Positions 1 through 13,289 of a stretch of DNA of 64,000 nucleotides are shown here, piece after piece. The notes under the pieces are model-generated. The model was given only the letters and a program-made list of their open reading frames with translations. It was not told the DNA's origin and ran no database searches. The DNA is from Lama glama (lineage: Eukaryota), in contig CM052832.1 in the NCBI GenBank assembly GCA_028534125.1, forward strand, positions 11,224,001 to 11,288,000. The letters run 5' to 3'. Each line of letters starts with the position of its first letter. The stretch's first letter is position 1. The position numbers and the translations under genes are program-made.

Positions 1-1030
1 TAGTCCCTCTTCTTTGGCCATCCCTTCCTTTAGGCAAGATAATTGACTCTGTCCCCTAGAAGGCTATTCATTTGCCATGATCCTTCAGGGACACCCAGGA
101 GTGGGGCTGTGGTTTTGTTGCCCATCTTCACGATAGTATCAGTATCTTGCTGAGAATCATACGTAAGCCAAGCTCAAATTTTCTTCTGAAGTCAACTTGT
201 CATAGAAAGGTCCCCATGCAGCCATGGGGACAGGCTGAGAGGGAGGAAGCAAGGTGGCAGGAACAAGACCAGCTACATAATTTGTGGAGCCCAGAGCAAA
301 AGGAAGATGAAAGGACCCTTGCTCAAAAATTATGGATTTCAAGACAGTGACAGTAGAACATTAAAGCAAATGTGGGGCCCTTCCAAACACGGGCCCTGCG
401 AGAATTCCCAGGACCCTTGACTGGAGTATGAGCCTTGGCATCTGGACTACTTACACATGCAACTTACTTGTGCTTTAGGACCTGTTTGAGACCAAGTTCA
501 TGTATACCACTTACATTTGATGATGGAGTGGTCCATTCATGCCCAACTTTGTGGTTTAATGTGTCAGACACCTGACACCTAATTCATAATGGGCCACTCA
601 AGTCACATGGTAACTTGGCCCATGGTCAGGGGTTTTCAACCTCTACTAGGACCCGGGAGCAAGACAGAGCTATTTCTCAAAGGAGAATAGTTATCCACAT
701 AGGATGGCATATCTGCTCAAAATTCTGATAGTCTTTGCTGCGATTCACCTACTGAGGGCTGCCAAAGGCTTCATATAAGCATCTCAGTCTGCCACAGACA
801 TTTCAAGCATCATTGGATGTGCTGGATCACACGGTCCCAGAGGCAAAGCAACTTGCACAGCAGCCTGGATCTGTCGGATCTTGTCCTCGGTCCCATTCAA
901 AACTATGCAAGCCTGAGTTGAGAATTTGTATAAGCTCTAGCCCTTAAACGTGGGCCACAAGTGTGGCCACAAAGCAGAGCAGACCAGAAACTATGAATAT
1001 ATCTATGGGACTCCACCATCACCAAAGAAA
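1..1030 (-). mobile_element. ERVL-class internal (pol RT/RNaseH) remnant, interrupted at about 267-420
   Basis: Minus-strand fragments such as MPSYVDNYSP, VTM, PIMN, HKVGH and HSIIKCKWY resemble ERVL pol (DNYSPFEKQLLA..HQVTMRPELPIM..HKVGHAQQHSIIKWKWYI). Confidence 0.75.
267..420 (-). mobile_element. MER91-like hAT-Tip100 fragment
   Basis: gaccagctacataatttgtggagcccag..cccttgctcaaaaattat..atttcaagac is the reverse complement of the Zaphod/MER91 end also seen near 62700. Confidence 0.7.
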
Positions 1031-1104
1031 AATCACTCCAGGGATGTGCTCTATTGATGTTTGGTTCCTTGAACAGAAAAGTTAACATTTTTAAGTCTAG
1101 AAAG

Positions 1105-1400
1105 CTGGATGGTACAGTGGTTAAGACTGGGGACTCTGGAGTCAGACTTCAGGGACACTTGAGCCCAAATATAAGCCCAATCATTTTCAAGCTGTGTGAG
1201 TATGGGCAAGTCATTTAAAACTTAACCTCTCTGAGCCTCAGAGGGGATAATAACACTTACCCATTATTTATAACTATTACGAGTTATAGTAGTTATCTAA
1301 GAGTTATATCAACATGGTAAGGTTTTTATAAGGATCAAATGAGCCACATGTGTGAAGCACAGGGTTGAGGCACAGAGTAAAGACTCAACAAATGATTAGC
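1105..1400 (+). mobile_element. MIR SINE
   Basis: gtggttaagac..tctggagtcagac..gctgtgtga..gggcaagtcattt..ctctgagcctcag core. Confidence 0.75.
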
Positions 1401-2809
1401 TTTTCTTATGATGAACAGAGGACAGAAGTCACTGGATTTGGGTAGGAAGAAATCATGGTGTGGCTCATGGGAGGGATGCCCATTGGAAGTTGGACTCTCT
1501 AGGCTTTTGACTTGCAGTATGATAGGAGAGAAGTGAACCGAGAATGGGTTCAGGTTACCGTTCTGCTACTCCACACTGGGAGACCTTGGGCAAGTCCTTC
1601 CCCCTCTCTGCAGCTCTCCTGTCTCAGGTGGAAAGCCACAGTGCTGCTCTTCATGATTTCCTGATCTCTCCCATCTCTGACAGCCTATGACCGTGCGGTG
1701 GCTCCTAACTGCCATGAGAGGTGGGCTTTTCCCTCCCTGCAGCCAGGAGATCCCACCTGGGTCCCAGCAGAGAGCTCCTTGGCCAGGTCCCTGCAGCTTT
1801 TCACCCTAAAAGCAGGTCTAGCAAAGACCAATAAGAGGTTTTGAGTATTTATTAAAGCTCTGGCAATGGCTCCCACATAGACAACTGAACTATTTTCAGC
1901 CCCAGCTCTTTTCTTTTCCTTTTGAAGAGTGGGTGGATTTTAAGACAAACAGACTAATTAGGTATATGTTAGCACTGCCACAAAAGCAAAACAGTCAGAT
2001 TTCCCAACACGACACCAAGCTGGGGCTTGGCATTTGGAGGATTAGAAGGGAAGTCCGGTGGTCATTCCATTTCTTACACCCAGGGGTCTTGCCTTTCTGA
2101 CCAACTGGGCTCTCACTAAGCCGAGTAAGGGGAGCTTCTGTGAGGGTCTCCATCCTGGGGGTAGAGGTGGCAGGACAGCAAGATTCCCTCCTTCCACTCT
2201 CCAGGCTCCCAAGTTAAGAGCAAAGACACCACAAACACTTAAGCAATTAGAGAATAATTTAAAACAAATGTGTACTGGAGTCCGCATGGAGCAAAGTAGG
2301 CTTGGCTTAATGTGCAGTGTGGCAAGAGGCTTCCCAGTGCTTTATCTTTCACTGGGGAAAAGAGGTTCCTTCGTGCACCAAGCACACCCAGGATTCTGGT
2401 GAAACCTGCCCTCCACCCAGCCTCCCCACAACACAAACACACAGGCCCCTTATTACTTTGCTGTTTTAAAGCAGCCTCCAGCCCAGTGGAGCTGCCCTTG
2501 AACATAAATCCCCCAGCATATCAACTAAATAAGTTTTGGCTGCATACAGCAGAAAATCCAAAATAACAGTGGTGTAAATGAAATAGAAGGATACTTCTTG
2601 TTCATGGAAGAGACACTCAGAAGTAGGGAGTCCAAGGCTGGCTGTGTGTGGTAGAGAGGGTGTGAGGATGTACCCAGGGGTAAGCAGGAATGAGGCTGCC
2701 CTGTCAGGCCCTCCAAGGACGTGATTTTAACCTTGAGATTTATCAGGCCAGCAAGGAGGAGGGCATCGCAGCCCCAACCTGCCTATTGTCTGCCTATTGG
2801 GCACATGTG

Positions 2810-3060
2810 TATTCTCTCTCATTCATTCATTACTGAGCAGTCCCTCTGTGCCAGGTACTATGTTAGGTGCCAGGTCATAGTGTGACTAAGGCAACTATGT
2901 CCACACTCTTGTGAAACTCACAATCAAGTGGGGAAGACAGATAAGAAGATGTGAACAAATACAGTAACACCGCTAGTTAAAGGGTACAGAGGAAACAGCC
3001 AGGATACTGTAATAGAGAACAGCAGGGGAGACCGACTTAATACAGGATGGGACAGGGCAC
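2810..3060 (+). mobile_element. L2 fragment
   Basis: cattcattcatt..actgagca..tgtgccaggtactatgttaggtg terminal L2 signature. Confidence 0.65.
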
Positions 3061-4789
3061 AGCTAGAACTCTGCAGAAGGGGTGGGGGAAGAGATGGCCA
3101 TGGAGAAGGTCGTCAGGCCAGCCAGGATTCTCAAGAAGCAGATCGAAATGATGGCAGAACTTTTGAACAGGGCCGCTGCCAACCACGTGGGAGCTAGTCA
3201 TACTCAAAGGGACCCAGATAGACTGAGGAGAGCAACCAGTGTGCTCTAACCACGTGCCAGGCCCAGGCCAGCCCTGCACAGTGTGGTTAAACCTGTGTGG
3301 TAGACGAGGTGAGGCCCATTTAATGCAACGAGACACACTCAGGGCAGGTGCAGTGAGCCGGCCCTACTTAAGTAGCAAGAAAGAAGCAAAGCTGGAATTT
3401 GAACTCAGGTCCTCAAGATCCACACCCAGGCCCTCTGTATACCTAGCTACTCAGCTCATAAGAGGAAAGTGATGTGTTTTGGCACATCCATGTGGATTAG
3501 GGAGGGCAGGATGCTGGCCCGAAAAGCCTGGTGCAGGTGCCCATGGAGAACTAACAGACCAGCCCGACAAGGGCACAAAGGCCAACTGGCCTAAAGCATC
3601 ACATTACACTCCCCAGACCTAATGGCTTTACAGACTAAACAGCACAATTTACAGTCGGCTCTGGGATAATGACATCTCCCCGTCCAGTTCTGCTCCATTC
3701 TGAGGGATTCCAGCATGTTCCTCAGAGACATTATACAGAGGCCTGCACGACTGAGGTTCTCGGGGCTCAAAGACAACCATTGTGAAAGAAGCAGAGGAGG
3801 GGCTGGGGGGGAGGGGAGCTAAGTGCTATTGCAGCCTTGAGCGCGATGGAGGGGCCACCCCAGATACATCTTGCCAGACCTCATCTGGAGAGGCCATGAT
3901 GACACAGAGGTCGACCAGAAAGCTGACAAATTGACTGCCTTATGTTCATTCAAGTTTTTAAGTAATCAAATAACTCAAACCCAGGTAGACAGTCTTAATT
4001 CCCAGAAAGAGCTTGCTTTATAAATCACCCACAGAAAACCGTTTCTCTCTATTTCCCCCAAGTCTCTCTTATTGGTAGAAAGCTGTTATTTTTAGATTAA
4101 AACTAAACCTTTCAAGCAAGTCAGATTATCTTTCTGTGTCATTGCTTTAAAATATAAAACCTGAACTTCATAAAGGATTTTTCCTTTTTTCTACAGAGCA
4201 TCATCTTTATCCATTTCTGGGCCATGTCCTTTTATTTATAACCAGAAGGCCAAGTTTTCTGAATGCCATGACCTTATGTGTAGAGCTGTCAGTGTGAGAA
4301 TTCTTATCGTTCTTACATAAGTGTGCACTCAGAGTGTGTGCGTGAGTGCAAAGTCACTGTTAGTGGGCTTACCTGTTCTCTTTATTCCTCTCATTTTCCC
4401 CTAACTTCCCTTTGAAGCTAAGAAAAAATGCATACATAGCGGATACACCTGGGCTTCCCCAGTGACTAAGGATATGGGTTTAAGCTAAGCTCCCACCATA
4501 TTTATCTGCTCATGGAGTGTCATCAATTGCTTAACAGTTCGTGCTTCTGCTAAGGTTGAATATGTGATTATTATCAGCTTTACAGTGAGTCCAGATCATA
4601 ATCAGTCAGAGGGCCAGGGCTCTGTCCACTTTATTATTATTTTGAAGTGTCCCTTGGTCATCTCTCCACTTTGTTCCTGAAGGAGGGAGTCCATAATTCT
4701 GCTGGTTTTGCTTTGTTTCATCAAACTTCTCTGCATTTCCACATGTCTGCAACAGCACCCAACATCAGACAGCATGGTGAATGAGTAGA

Positions 4790-4960
4790 AGATGAACTCA
4801 GGAGGCTGCTAGACCTGGGTTGGAGTCTGTTTGCTATCCCTTAGTAGCTCTGTGGTTATGATCCAGTCACCTAACCTCTCTGTGCTTTGATTGTCTCTTC
4901 TGCAAACAGGAGTAATACCAACATAATGTACTTGAGGCACAGTGCAGGGCACACATAACA
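4790..4960 (+). mobile_element. MIR fragment
   Basis: agacctgggttgg..tagtagctctgtg..agtcacctaacctctctgtgc. Confidence 0.65.
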
Positions 4961-5239
4961 CTAGCTACTGTTGTTATAGTACTAAAAATTATAATAATTA
5001 TTATTGTCAAGCTGAACAGCTGTAGAATGGGTAGTGTTGGCGTATGCACTTCAAAGAAAATGGATTCCCTCTCTTGACAAAATCACCCATAAATCATTGA
5101 CATATTATTTTCTACCATTTCATCTGATCCATCTAGACAATAAATTCACACATATAGATGAAAAATCCTACAGACAGGACAATGGAAAGGAACAGTGTGT
5201 GACAGTCCTAACTGGTAGATAATCAGTATGTGCAAGACC

Positions 5240-5990
5240 TGTGGTGTAGACAGACCCAGGGCATTCCTTGTTGGTCTCTGCAGTAGGATTAAGGGTGTGG
5301 ATCTAAATAGCAGGGTCCTCACGAATACGGGCAGGCCTCCATGCCAATCTCTTGCCTTCTGCCTCAGCCAGAGTGCTCCTTCTAGGACTGACCATTAGCA
5401 TCCTAGCCCTGACTGAAGAATAGGATCTTCAAGTCAGAGTGTGAGTGGCCAGTTCCAAACCAGAGACTCGGGGTCTGGCCAGGCCAGAGAAGCCAGGTCA
5501 GAGCGACGAACCCATTGAGGGAAGCTGCGTTATAGCAGACAATGTCAATGCTTCCAGACGGTCCCCTGAAATCTCTTTTTATCATTTCTGATCGCCCCCT
5601 ACGTTGTTTGGTGTGATTTCCATCACCTGCACCTGTGACTCATCTCTGGCAGCCTATCTTCTGGATACTAGAACTACTTGGCCCCTCACACAGAGAGCTT
5701 CTGACCCTCCCTTTTAACCCACAACCATGGGGTGGAAGCAGAAAAGTCCAGGTTGTTTGCCTTGGGTGGCCACCACTTGGAGGCAGGCTCTCCAGTCCAG
5801 AGGTCCCCTGCAAAATCAGACTGAACCTTTCCCCCACTAGCCTCCTGTCCCAGGTGGCTCCTTGCTCGTCTTCCTCCCCTGTCGAGACTCCCTGCTCCCT
5901 TATGTGCATCCTCAGGAGCAATTTCTTAATAAATTACTCCCATTTAAGTCATTATCTCAGGTCTGCTCCTGGGGCCTCCCACCTAAGCCA
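5240..5990 (+). mobile_element. Solo ERVL-type LTR
   Basis: TG start, AATAAA at about 5928, ends ctcaggtctgctcctgggg..cctaagcCA as in the LTR16/33 group. Confidence 0.55.
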
Positions 5991-7010
5991 TGAGTCAAGG
6001 CAACAGTCCCGAGTATGGGAAGTCGCTAAATTCTCCTCTAAAATTCCCCACCTTCCAGCCAGACACTAGATCTGCATTTCATTCTCTATTTTGTCTTTTG
6101 GGATTTGATCCCTTTCAGATGAACCAAGACTCTTGCTCGAGTTTGCAGCATTCTAATTCTTGGTTATGATTCTTTCCCATTTTCAAACCCACAGCACATA
6201 AATATGACACATGAGGACCTAGGGCTGAGAGAGCCTCCTCCCCAGGGGTCAGATGAACCTCCCAATTCCAGGCCAGTGGGTGGAGGCTTTGCAGGGTGAG
6301 ACAGTGGTTTCCAGCCTCACCAACAAGTCCTCTTTCAGCACTTTTTCTGTGATGGGTAGTTCAATCTTGGCTGTCATTCTGCATCCGTACGATAGCCTGA
6401 TCCAAAAATGAACAAGGTCCCTTTGGGCACTGGGGTTCCTGATTGGCCCCACAACTTGGCCCCCTCTCTCTAAACTCCTTTTAAGGAGGCTTGGTCTATA
6501 ACCCAGGACTCACACGGAGACCCCGGGAATATAGAGCCCTGTTAAGTTCCCCACCAAACCCCTTGCAGATGAGACCTTTGGAGAAGACAAGTGAAAGGAC
6601 CAGAAAAGTTCTTATTTCCTGTGCTCTCTCCCATCTTTGTTGACATTCAGGGTGGTAAACTGGGAACCCCAACTTGGGAAAGATAACAGAACTTATGGGC
6701 TCTGAATTTAGGGGTGAAACAGGTATTGTGCGTCTTGGAAACTTAAGCAGAAAGTGAGGCACAGGGTAGGATGCACACGGCAGAGAAGACGGAAGGTAGC
6801 ACATGGCTCTGACAACCAGATCTGGTGCCCTAAATGAGTCTCAGCAAGACTTAAGGTGCCATTCGTCAATAGCCAATCCACACTCATGAGCAGGATGCAA
6901 TAGAATCATGACATTCTGAGTTAGTATCATGCCAGCAATAAGCAAAAAATCCTTTTATTTAACCAACATGTACAGTCTTATTACCAAAGTAGGCTTTTTT
7001 TTTCTTCTAA

Positions 7011-7816
7011 GCTTCTAGGTATTTTTGCCTAAGTTTCTTTACTATAAACGTTTTTGCCACCAACATTTTTGCCACCAACGTTTTTTGCTGCATAACTAGC
7101 TGGCCATAAGGCAATTCTGCCGTAAAAGATAAAATATGAAAAATAAAAGAGAGACATTGAAAAGGGCATAATGAAACATGAGAAATGAATAAAAAATTAA
7201 GATTTTATTGTGAAATACAAGGCACTTGAATACATTTTAAATGTGTGTAGATTCACGCCAATCTAGACAAATAAAACGAGTTTATTTTTATTTTGTGGGC
7301 TGTACCTAACCACTTGTTTTCCAAGTCGTTCATAGTTTTTATACTTCTTTTCCTTGTTGATTTGTCTCCTCACTCAGCATCGCACATTTTCTTTCTTGCT
7401 AAAATTTCTTCCTTCATTAAGAGAGGTGTCAGTTAACAAAAACTAGAATGCATATTTGTAACTGAGCTTTGTACTGCATTGTGAAAACCTCCACACTGCT
7501 GTTTGTTCTTGGTTTGTTGTCACATGTCCACGGATAGACGTTCCAAAGTGCTATGGGAAATGTGGATTCAACTCTGTGACCTCGACGCCTCTTTCTTCTC
7601 CAATGTAGGGTGCTTCAAAATAAGAAATCAACTCCTGGGGCAAATCATTGTCATCTTCCATGATTTTTATATATTCTACGTCGAACCAGACTGTCAACCA
7701 GTTATTTTATCTTCCGTGGTACAGTTGCTTTACGGCCAATTACTTATGCGGTAAAAATGTTTGGGGCAAAAATGTCTGTGGCAAAGAAACTGACTGCAAA
7801 AATACCGGACAAAACC
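7011..7816 (-). mobile_element. Non-autonomous DNA transposon with about 120-bp TIRs and a MULE/MuDR transposase remnant
   Basis: 7016-7136 is an inverted repeat of about 7703-7808; internal minus-strand peptide SYFEAPYIG..FPIALWNVY..PRTNSSVE(G)FHNA. Confidence 0.8.
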
Positions 7817-9289
7817 AAGAACAACTCATCACTTTTGGTAGACCCCTAGAGCCTGAAGCCCTACACAAGGAGGCACGGGGACAGACCTTTCAAAGTTGCT
7901 GCCATCATTGGCAATATCCCCAGTGGAGGGCTTAGGAGCAGGGACAATGGGTAGGGTTGGCTGCACTTATTTCTCCTGAATCTCCCCTGCCAAAATACAA
8001 GCTACTGTTAGGGTGATGGGGATACCTAAAAGGAGTCTTTGGGGACCAGGGCCAGACCACCCTATCAAGGTAGTTAAAGCCTCTCCTGGTTTCCAGTGGC
8101 TCAGAGGGGCAGAAGGGTGGGCTGCACCAGCATCAGAAATAACTCAGTCTCCCCTGTGACCCTGGGCTCACTCAGTGGGACTGAGCCATTCACCGCCCCT
8201 GCCCGACTGCATGTCTGCTTTGGCATTTTTCTCTGCAAAAAGGAGACAAACATGGGCAAACCTACCTTGTGGGCAGGCTCAGAAGCTTACTCCAAAAAAT
8301 ATCCCAGGGAGGCAACAGGTAGGGGTCCTTTCCTCGCATGTCCCAGCATCCATCGATGGCACATCCACAGACGTTGAATCTGCTGCATTCCAGGCGTCTG
8401 GAATCCCCAGACAGCAGACTCCAGCTGGGTAACTGGGGCAGGGATCTTCGGCTGCAGCACGAATAGCTTCATTCTATTGTGCACTACTTGTTTCTTTTTA
8501 TCCTGCCCTGAACATTTTATGGGCTCCTGCATGTAAGGCCAAAGTTATTGTGCCAGCAAGTACACAATGTATCCATGGGGAAATCATTATTCTTGTGTGT
8601 TTGAAGCGCTTGTTTGAACTGTCTTTAAATTATTTCTCTGGAAATAGGTCTGGCTTGAATGTGTTTATCCCTCTGCCTTTGTTGGTGCTTGTTTGCCTTC
8701 GCTGGGCATTGGTAACAGATGAGCAGAGTCATCATAAGGTATTTAGCCGTTTGAGGCACTGTAGTTGCTTCCACATTTCTAGCCAGATAAAATCAACACA
8801 AGAACTGGGAAAGGATGTGATGGCTCAGAGCCCAGGGAGGGGAAAGTCGGGTTTGATGGGGATACAGAGCTCACCATGGAGCAGCTCAAGGAGAGATCTT
8901 CAGTTATAGAATTGAGTGTGTGTGTGTGTTTATACACAGGCACACATTCCCCCTCCCCTTTCTTTCTAATATACAGTAGATATCGCAGGAATCCTGAATC
9001 AGAAGCGAGATAATGAGTGAGAAATGATGTCCAGAGACATAAAACAAAAGCAACATGGAAGTTCTATGTTGGGCCTTGCCTCGTCTCATGTGTGATTCTA
9101 AAGAAGTCACTTTCCTTCTCTGAACAGTGGAAAACTTGGACCAGAGCTGAGAGCCCTCCCAATTTTGATTTTCCAGGAGAACAATGGTGAAGAAGATCCC
9201 GGGGAAATCCAGGCAGAGGGACTCTTCCTAACCCAGAAGGTATATTGCGAGGGGGTCATGCAGTCCAGGTGGCCTGGCATCATACTTAC

Positions 9290-9520
9290 TAACTAGTGTG
9301 GGTTCTGGAGTCCCACAGCAGAGGTTCAAGTCCAGGCTCTGCTACTCCCTAGCTGTGCAACCTTGAGCCAGCTCTCAACTTCTCTGTGCCTTTATATCCT
9401 CATCTTTAAATTGGGGTTAATAATAATAGCTGGTAGCAGAGGGCTTGAGGGAGGAATAAATGATGTGCATGAGACATTTAGAACTGTACCTACCCACCTA
9501 GAGAGTGCTCAGTGGGTGCT
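9290..9520 (+). mobile_element. MIR SINE
   Basis: ttctggagtccc..ggttcaagtcc..agctgtgcaaccttgagc..ctcatctttaaattgggg. Confidence 0.75.
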
Positions 9521-9559
9521 TTTAATGTAAGTATATAGCTACACATGTATTTATGTGTG

Positions 9560-9601
9560 CACACACACACACACACACACACACACTATATATATATATA
9601 T
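9560..9601. repeat. Compound (CA)n(TA)n microsatellite
   Basis: Direct reading. Confidence 0.95.
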
Positions 9602-9829
9602 CTCTCCATATATTACTCCAGTAAAGTGGAAAAGTCTATCAATGAATGTGGCAGAAACTGCCAGATGCCTACCAATAGCTTTTCACCCTTGGGAAAAAAT
9701 AAAGACAAAGTAAAACCCTTGCCCAAGATGCCAGGATTCAAATTCCAGCAAGCTGATTCCAGAGCTTAGATTGCAGGGTGTGAGAAGGGTTGGTGGACTA
9801 CGAGGTTAGGAAGTGCAGCTGTACATCGA

Positions 9830-10360
9830 AGTGTGAGGACCCATGAGCTTTGTCTGTGCCCTGCAGATGGCAAGGAAGCCTCTAGAGCTACAGAGCAGGG
9901 GCGTGGCTGGGTCCGGAGGGTTTAGGAAAGGTACTCTGGGACAGGGTGGAGGATGGATTCAGTGACAGGAAAGACTGTGTGGGGAAGCCGATGGCAAGTT
10001 GTTGTAATCCTCCACAGAGACCAGGGAGACCTGAGCTGAGGCAGTGGCTGGGGGTGGGGTCTGGGCACCAGAGTGCTCAGCAGACTGTGAATTCTGCTTG
10101 GGAGACTTGGTCATGCGGGGAAAAAAGCAGCAGCATTTTTGGAGAGGAGAATGTGGTAATCTCAGCTTGAGATATTAAACTTGAGGTGCCTAGAGATCCC
10201 TGGGGAGATATGTTCAGTGGTTGCGTTGCTTAGGAGAGCAGTCCAGTCTGAGCACAGAAATCCCAGCGGATGGAGGGGATTTTCATCCAGCTGAAGCCTG
10301 AAGCCCTGAAAAGGGATGTAAGAGCTCAGGGAGGTCCCCCCAAGCATGAGAAGAGAGCAT
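9830..10360 (+). mobile_element. L2 fragment
   Basis: Purine-rich L2-like segments such as ttaaacttgaggtgcctagagatcc..ggagatatgttcag. Confidence 0.55.
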
Positions 10361-13289
10361 CTTGAGAATGCAGCTTGCATGGGTTCTGCTCTTCCCCCAG
10401 CACTCAAAGTGTCAGATGCCAACATTGGGAACCAAATCAGCTCCCAGATCTTCACAGGGTCCTGGTACCCACTGTAGCTTCCTCTGAACCAAGCCTAGGG
10501 CCTGTCGTCTAGTGCCTTGGCTCCCTTTCAAAGCCTTGCTAGTTCTGGACGGGACGACTGTTACCAACCACTGACCAGGCCGCCCAACCCTCCCTCTGAT
10601 CTCTGTCCACAGTGGGCAGAACTCCCTCCGCCGAGTTCACATTCCCAGATGCGCCTGAGGCTCCTACAGAAGAGACCAGACACGGGGGAGACTCTGCTTT
10701 GATCTTCCAACCACACGAGAGGCGCCATTGAGCTACTCCCGTACTCAGCCAGGTGTGTCTCACAGCATCTGAGGGGCTGGGCAGGAGAGGTGGCCTCCCT
10801 GGTTCTCCTGGCTTTGATCGTCACAAGGGCATTTTACAGCAAAGATGTTTAATACGGCAATTGATGTTTATATCTAACACAATCCCCCCTAATCTCCAAT
10901 TTCTGTCTCTCCCTATCTTTTAACTCAAGGATGATGGGGTTAGTAAACTGGGTGTGGGAGGGCGTAGTGGGAGGTGGGGGACAGTAGGGTGTGGAAAACA
11001 TGGTTAAGAACCCTGAAGATTAACCCCAAGTTGAACTTTTAGTTGGGAGAAGCCAGGAAAGGTTAAAACCTATACTGAGTCCCTGCAGACGAGGTAGATT
11101 TTCTCTGGCTGCCCCGTTGTCTGGTCCAAGAGGATGAGTTCTTCCCCTCCACAGAGGGGAGAGGCTGGCGAGCAGCTGTTTCAGAATCCACAGGTCTACG
11201 AGGTGGCTTTCTGTGAAACGCTCTCCCTCTACAGTAAGAGCATAGCAAGAGGGAAGACTTCAAAGTACAGCAAGAAATATTCAGGCCAGACAGAAGAAGG
11301 AACTTCCGGGCAGTGAGAACCACTGGGAGAAAATTACAGAAATAGTATTTATCTGATGTCATTTGGATGCAGTTTTATTGGAAAGCAAAAGAATGGATGA
11401 GGCATTCCTGCCCCAGGAGGGCACACCCGAGAAGAAAGTTAAATATCCCTAAATTCTGGGGGAGAATTAGTTGATGTGGAAACCTGGTGAAATGGCTGAT
11501 GCCTGGGGTCTGGAGCCAGATGGACATAATATTTTATCCCAACTTCAACACTTGTTAACTGGGTGGCTCGGCCCAAGTGAAAATAACCACACAGAACCTT
11601 GGTTTTCTCATCTATAACAGGTATCATATTAAACGTGCAGGATTATTTTTACCTACCAGAGAAATATATGTAAAACAACCTACACATAGTGGGGATTCAA
11701 TTTTTAAAACTTGGATTGGGTTTTCCACGGACTTCTGTTTTTCTTTGCATGTAATAAAGCACTTAGTTCTGGTTTCTATTAGAGTTGAAAAGCATTCAGA
11801 TCTGACCAGGAGCAAGAGTCTTGAGGCAAAAAACAAACTCCATTGTCTGCTTGTTTATAATTGGTGACATCTTACCCATTACGTCTAGGACTGGCGGTGA
11901 CTGGGGAGGGAGACAAGGGCCCTGTGAAGTGTCTAGTTGATGCTCTGGTTTAAGCTGCAGAGTTTTTATGACACCAGCATCCATGGCTTATGGTCATGGA
12001 AGCACGGTCCAGGTCCCTGTGAAAATGCCCAACACCCAAAGGCCCCCTGGGGAAAATGAGGGGAAGATCACTTCCAAGTAACATGAAAGCCAACCCTTTG
12101 TCTTTTCATCATGTCTCCAGTGCTAAACGTATTGCTTCTCTAAAGCACAGACTCAGCTCCCTCGCATGGACCAGAAGCTGATTTTTAAAATGCTCTAGAT
12201 TGGGAGCCTCTCAAAAGCCAAGGCAATGATGCTGTGTTGCATTTGTGAACAAGGACAGCAGGACAGCATCTTGTGATTAAGCATGTTTAGCAAATGGAAG
12301 ATACCCACCACCTGCAGGCCTTTCGCTGGCAGCAGGGATCCACTTACACCCTCTCTTCTGGACCATCAGGGGAACCCTGTGTGAGACAGCTGGCAGGACT
12401 GGGTGTCCTGCATGCTCATGGAAGATGGGAACAAGCCGTCTACACTGGGATCGGATCCTTCAGTCTTAGTCTCTGTGCAGTGACCTGCCTAGCTGACCTT
12501 GGTACCCAGGTCTCTGAGTAGCTGAGTTCTTGAGAATATTTGGAGGCACCAGATATCATGTCTTTCTGATTTTTGTTCTCATCCTATTCCAGAAGGACCC
12601 CAGAAATCCCAGAGATAAGAGCGGCAAAATTCTTAGATCAGAGACCCCACCCATAAAATCTCCATTTGGTATTAAAATTCCCCATATCAGTTAGCATATA
12701 TGCTGGGCTATCTGAGACACATGGCTTATATACAATGATGAAGCCTATTACCCTTTTTATTTCATGAACACATCATGACCGGGGTTAATATCCAAAATAC
12801 ATAAATAGCTCATACAGCAGGGTGGGGAGGGGAGGAAACACTCTGAGATCTCTGTCTGATCACCCTCTGAGGCCCTGCCACTACCCTTCCATTGCCTGAA
12901 CCCAAATGGCACGGAGAGGGCAAGGGAGCCCAGGTGATGGAGTTTGTACAATTTAGCCTCCCTGAGCACAGATGGGTGTGGATAAGGGTAGAGGATGGTT
13001 TCTAGGGGCAAAAATAGAGTAGCCAGCAGATGAGACTGTCAAGTGAGTCTCAACTGAATTCCCCTTAGGATCCAGACATTTCTAGGCAGGTCTGGAAGAA
13101 TAAATAACAGTGCAGCCCAACAGGGCACTGTTTACATGAGAAACCTGACTCCTGAGAAAGAACACTTCCCAGGGGAAGGATAAATGGAGGTGGAGAAGTT
13201 GGTTTAAGGGCAAGGGGCTCATAAACCAAAGGGATGCCTGATTCTAAGATCAGTGCGTTATCTGTCACTCACATTAAACTCTGACCCAT

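Noticed and set aside
5635..6069. 144-aa ORF
   Set aside because: Non-ATG start within an LTR-like repeat; no recognisable domain
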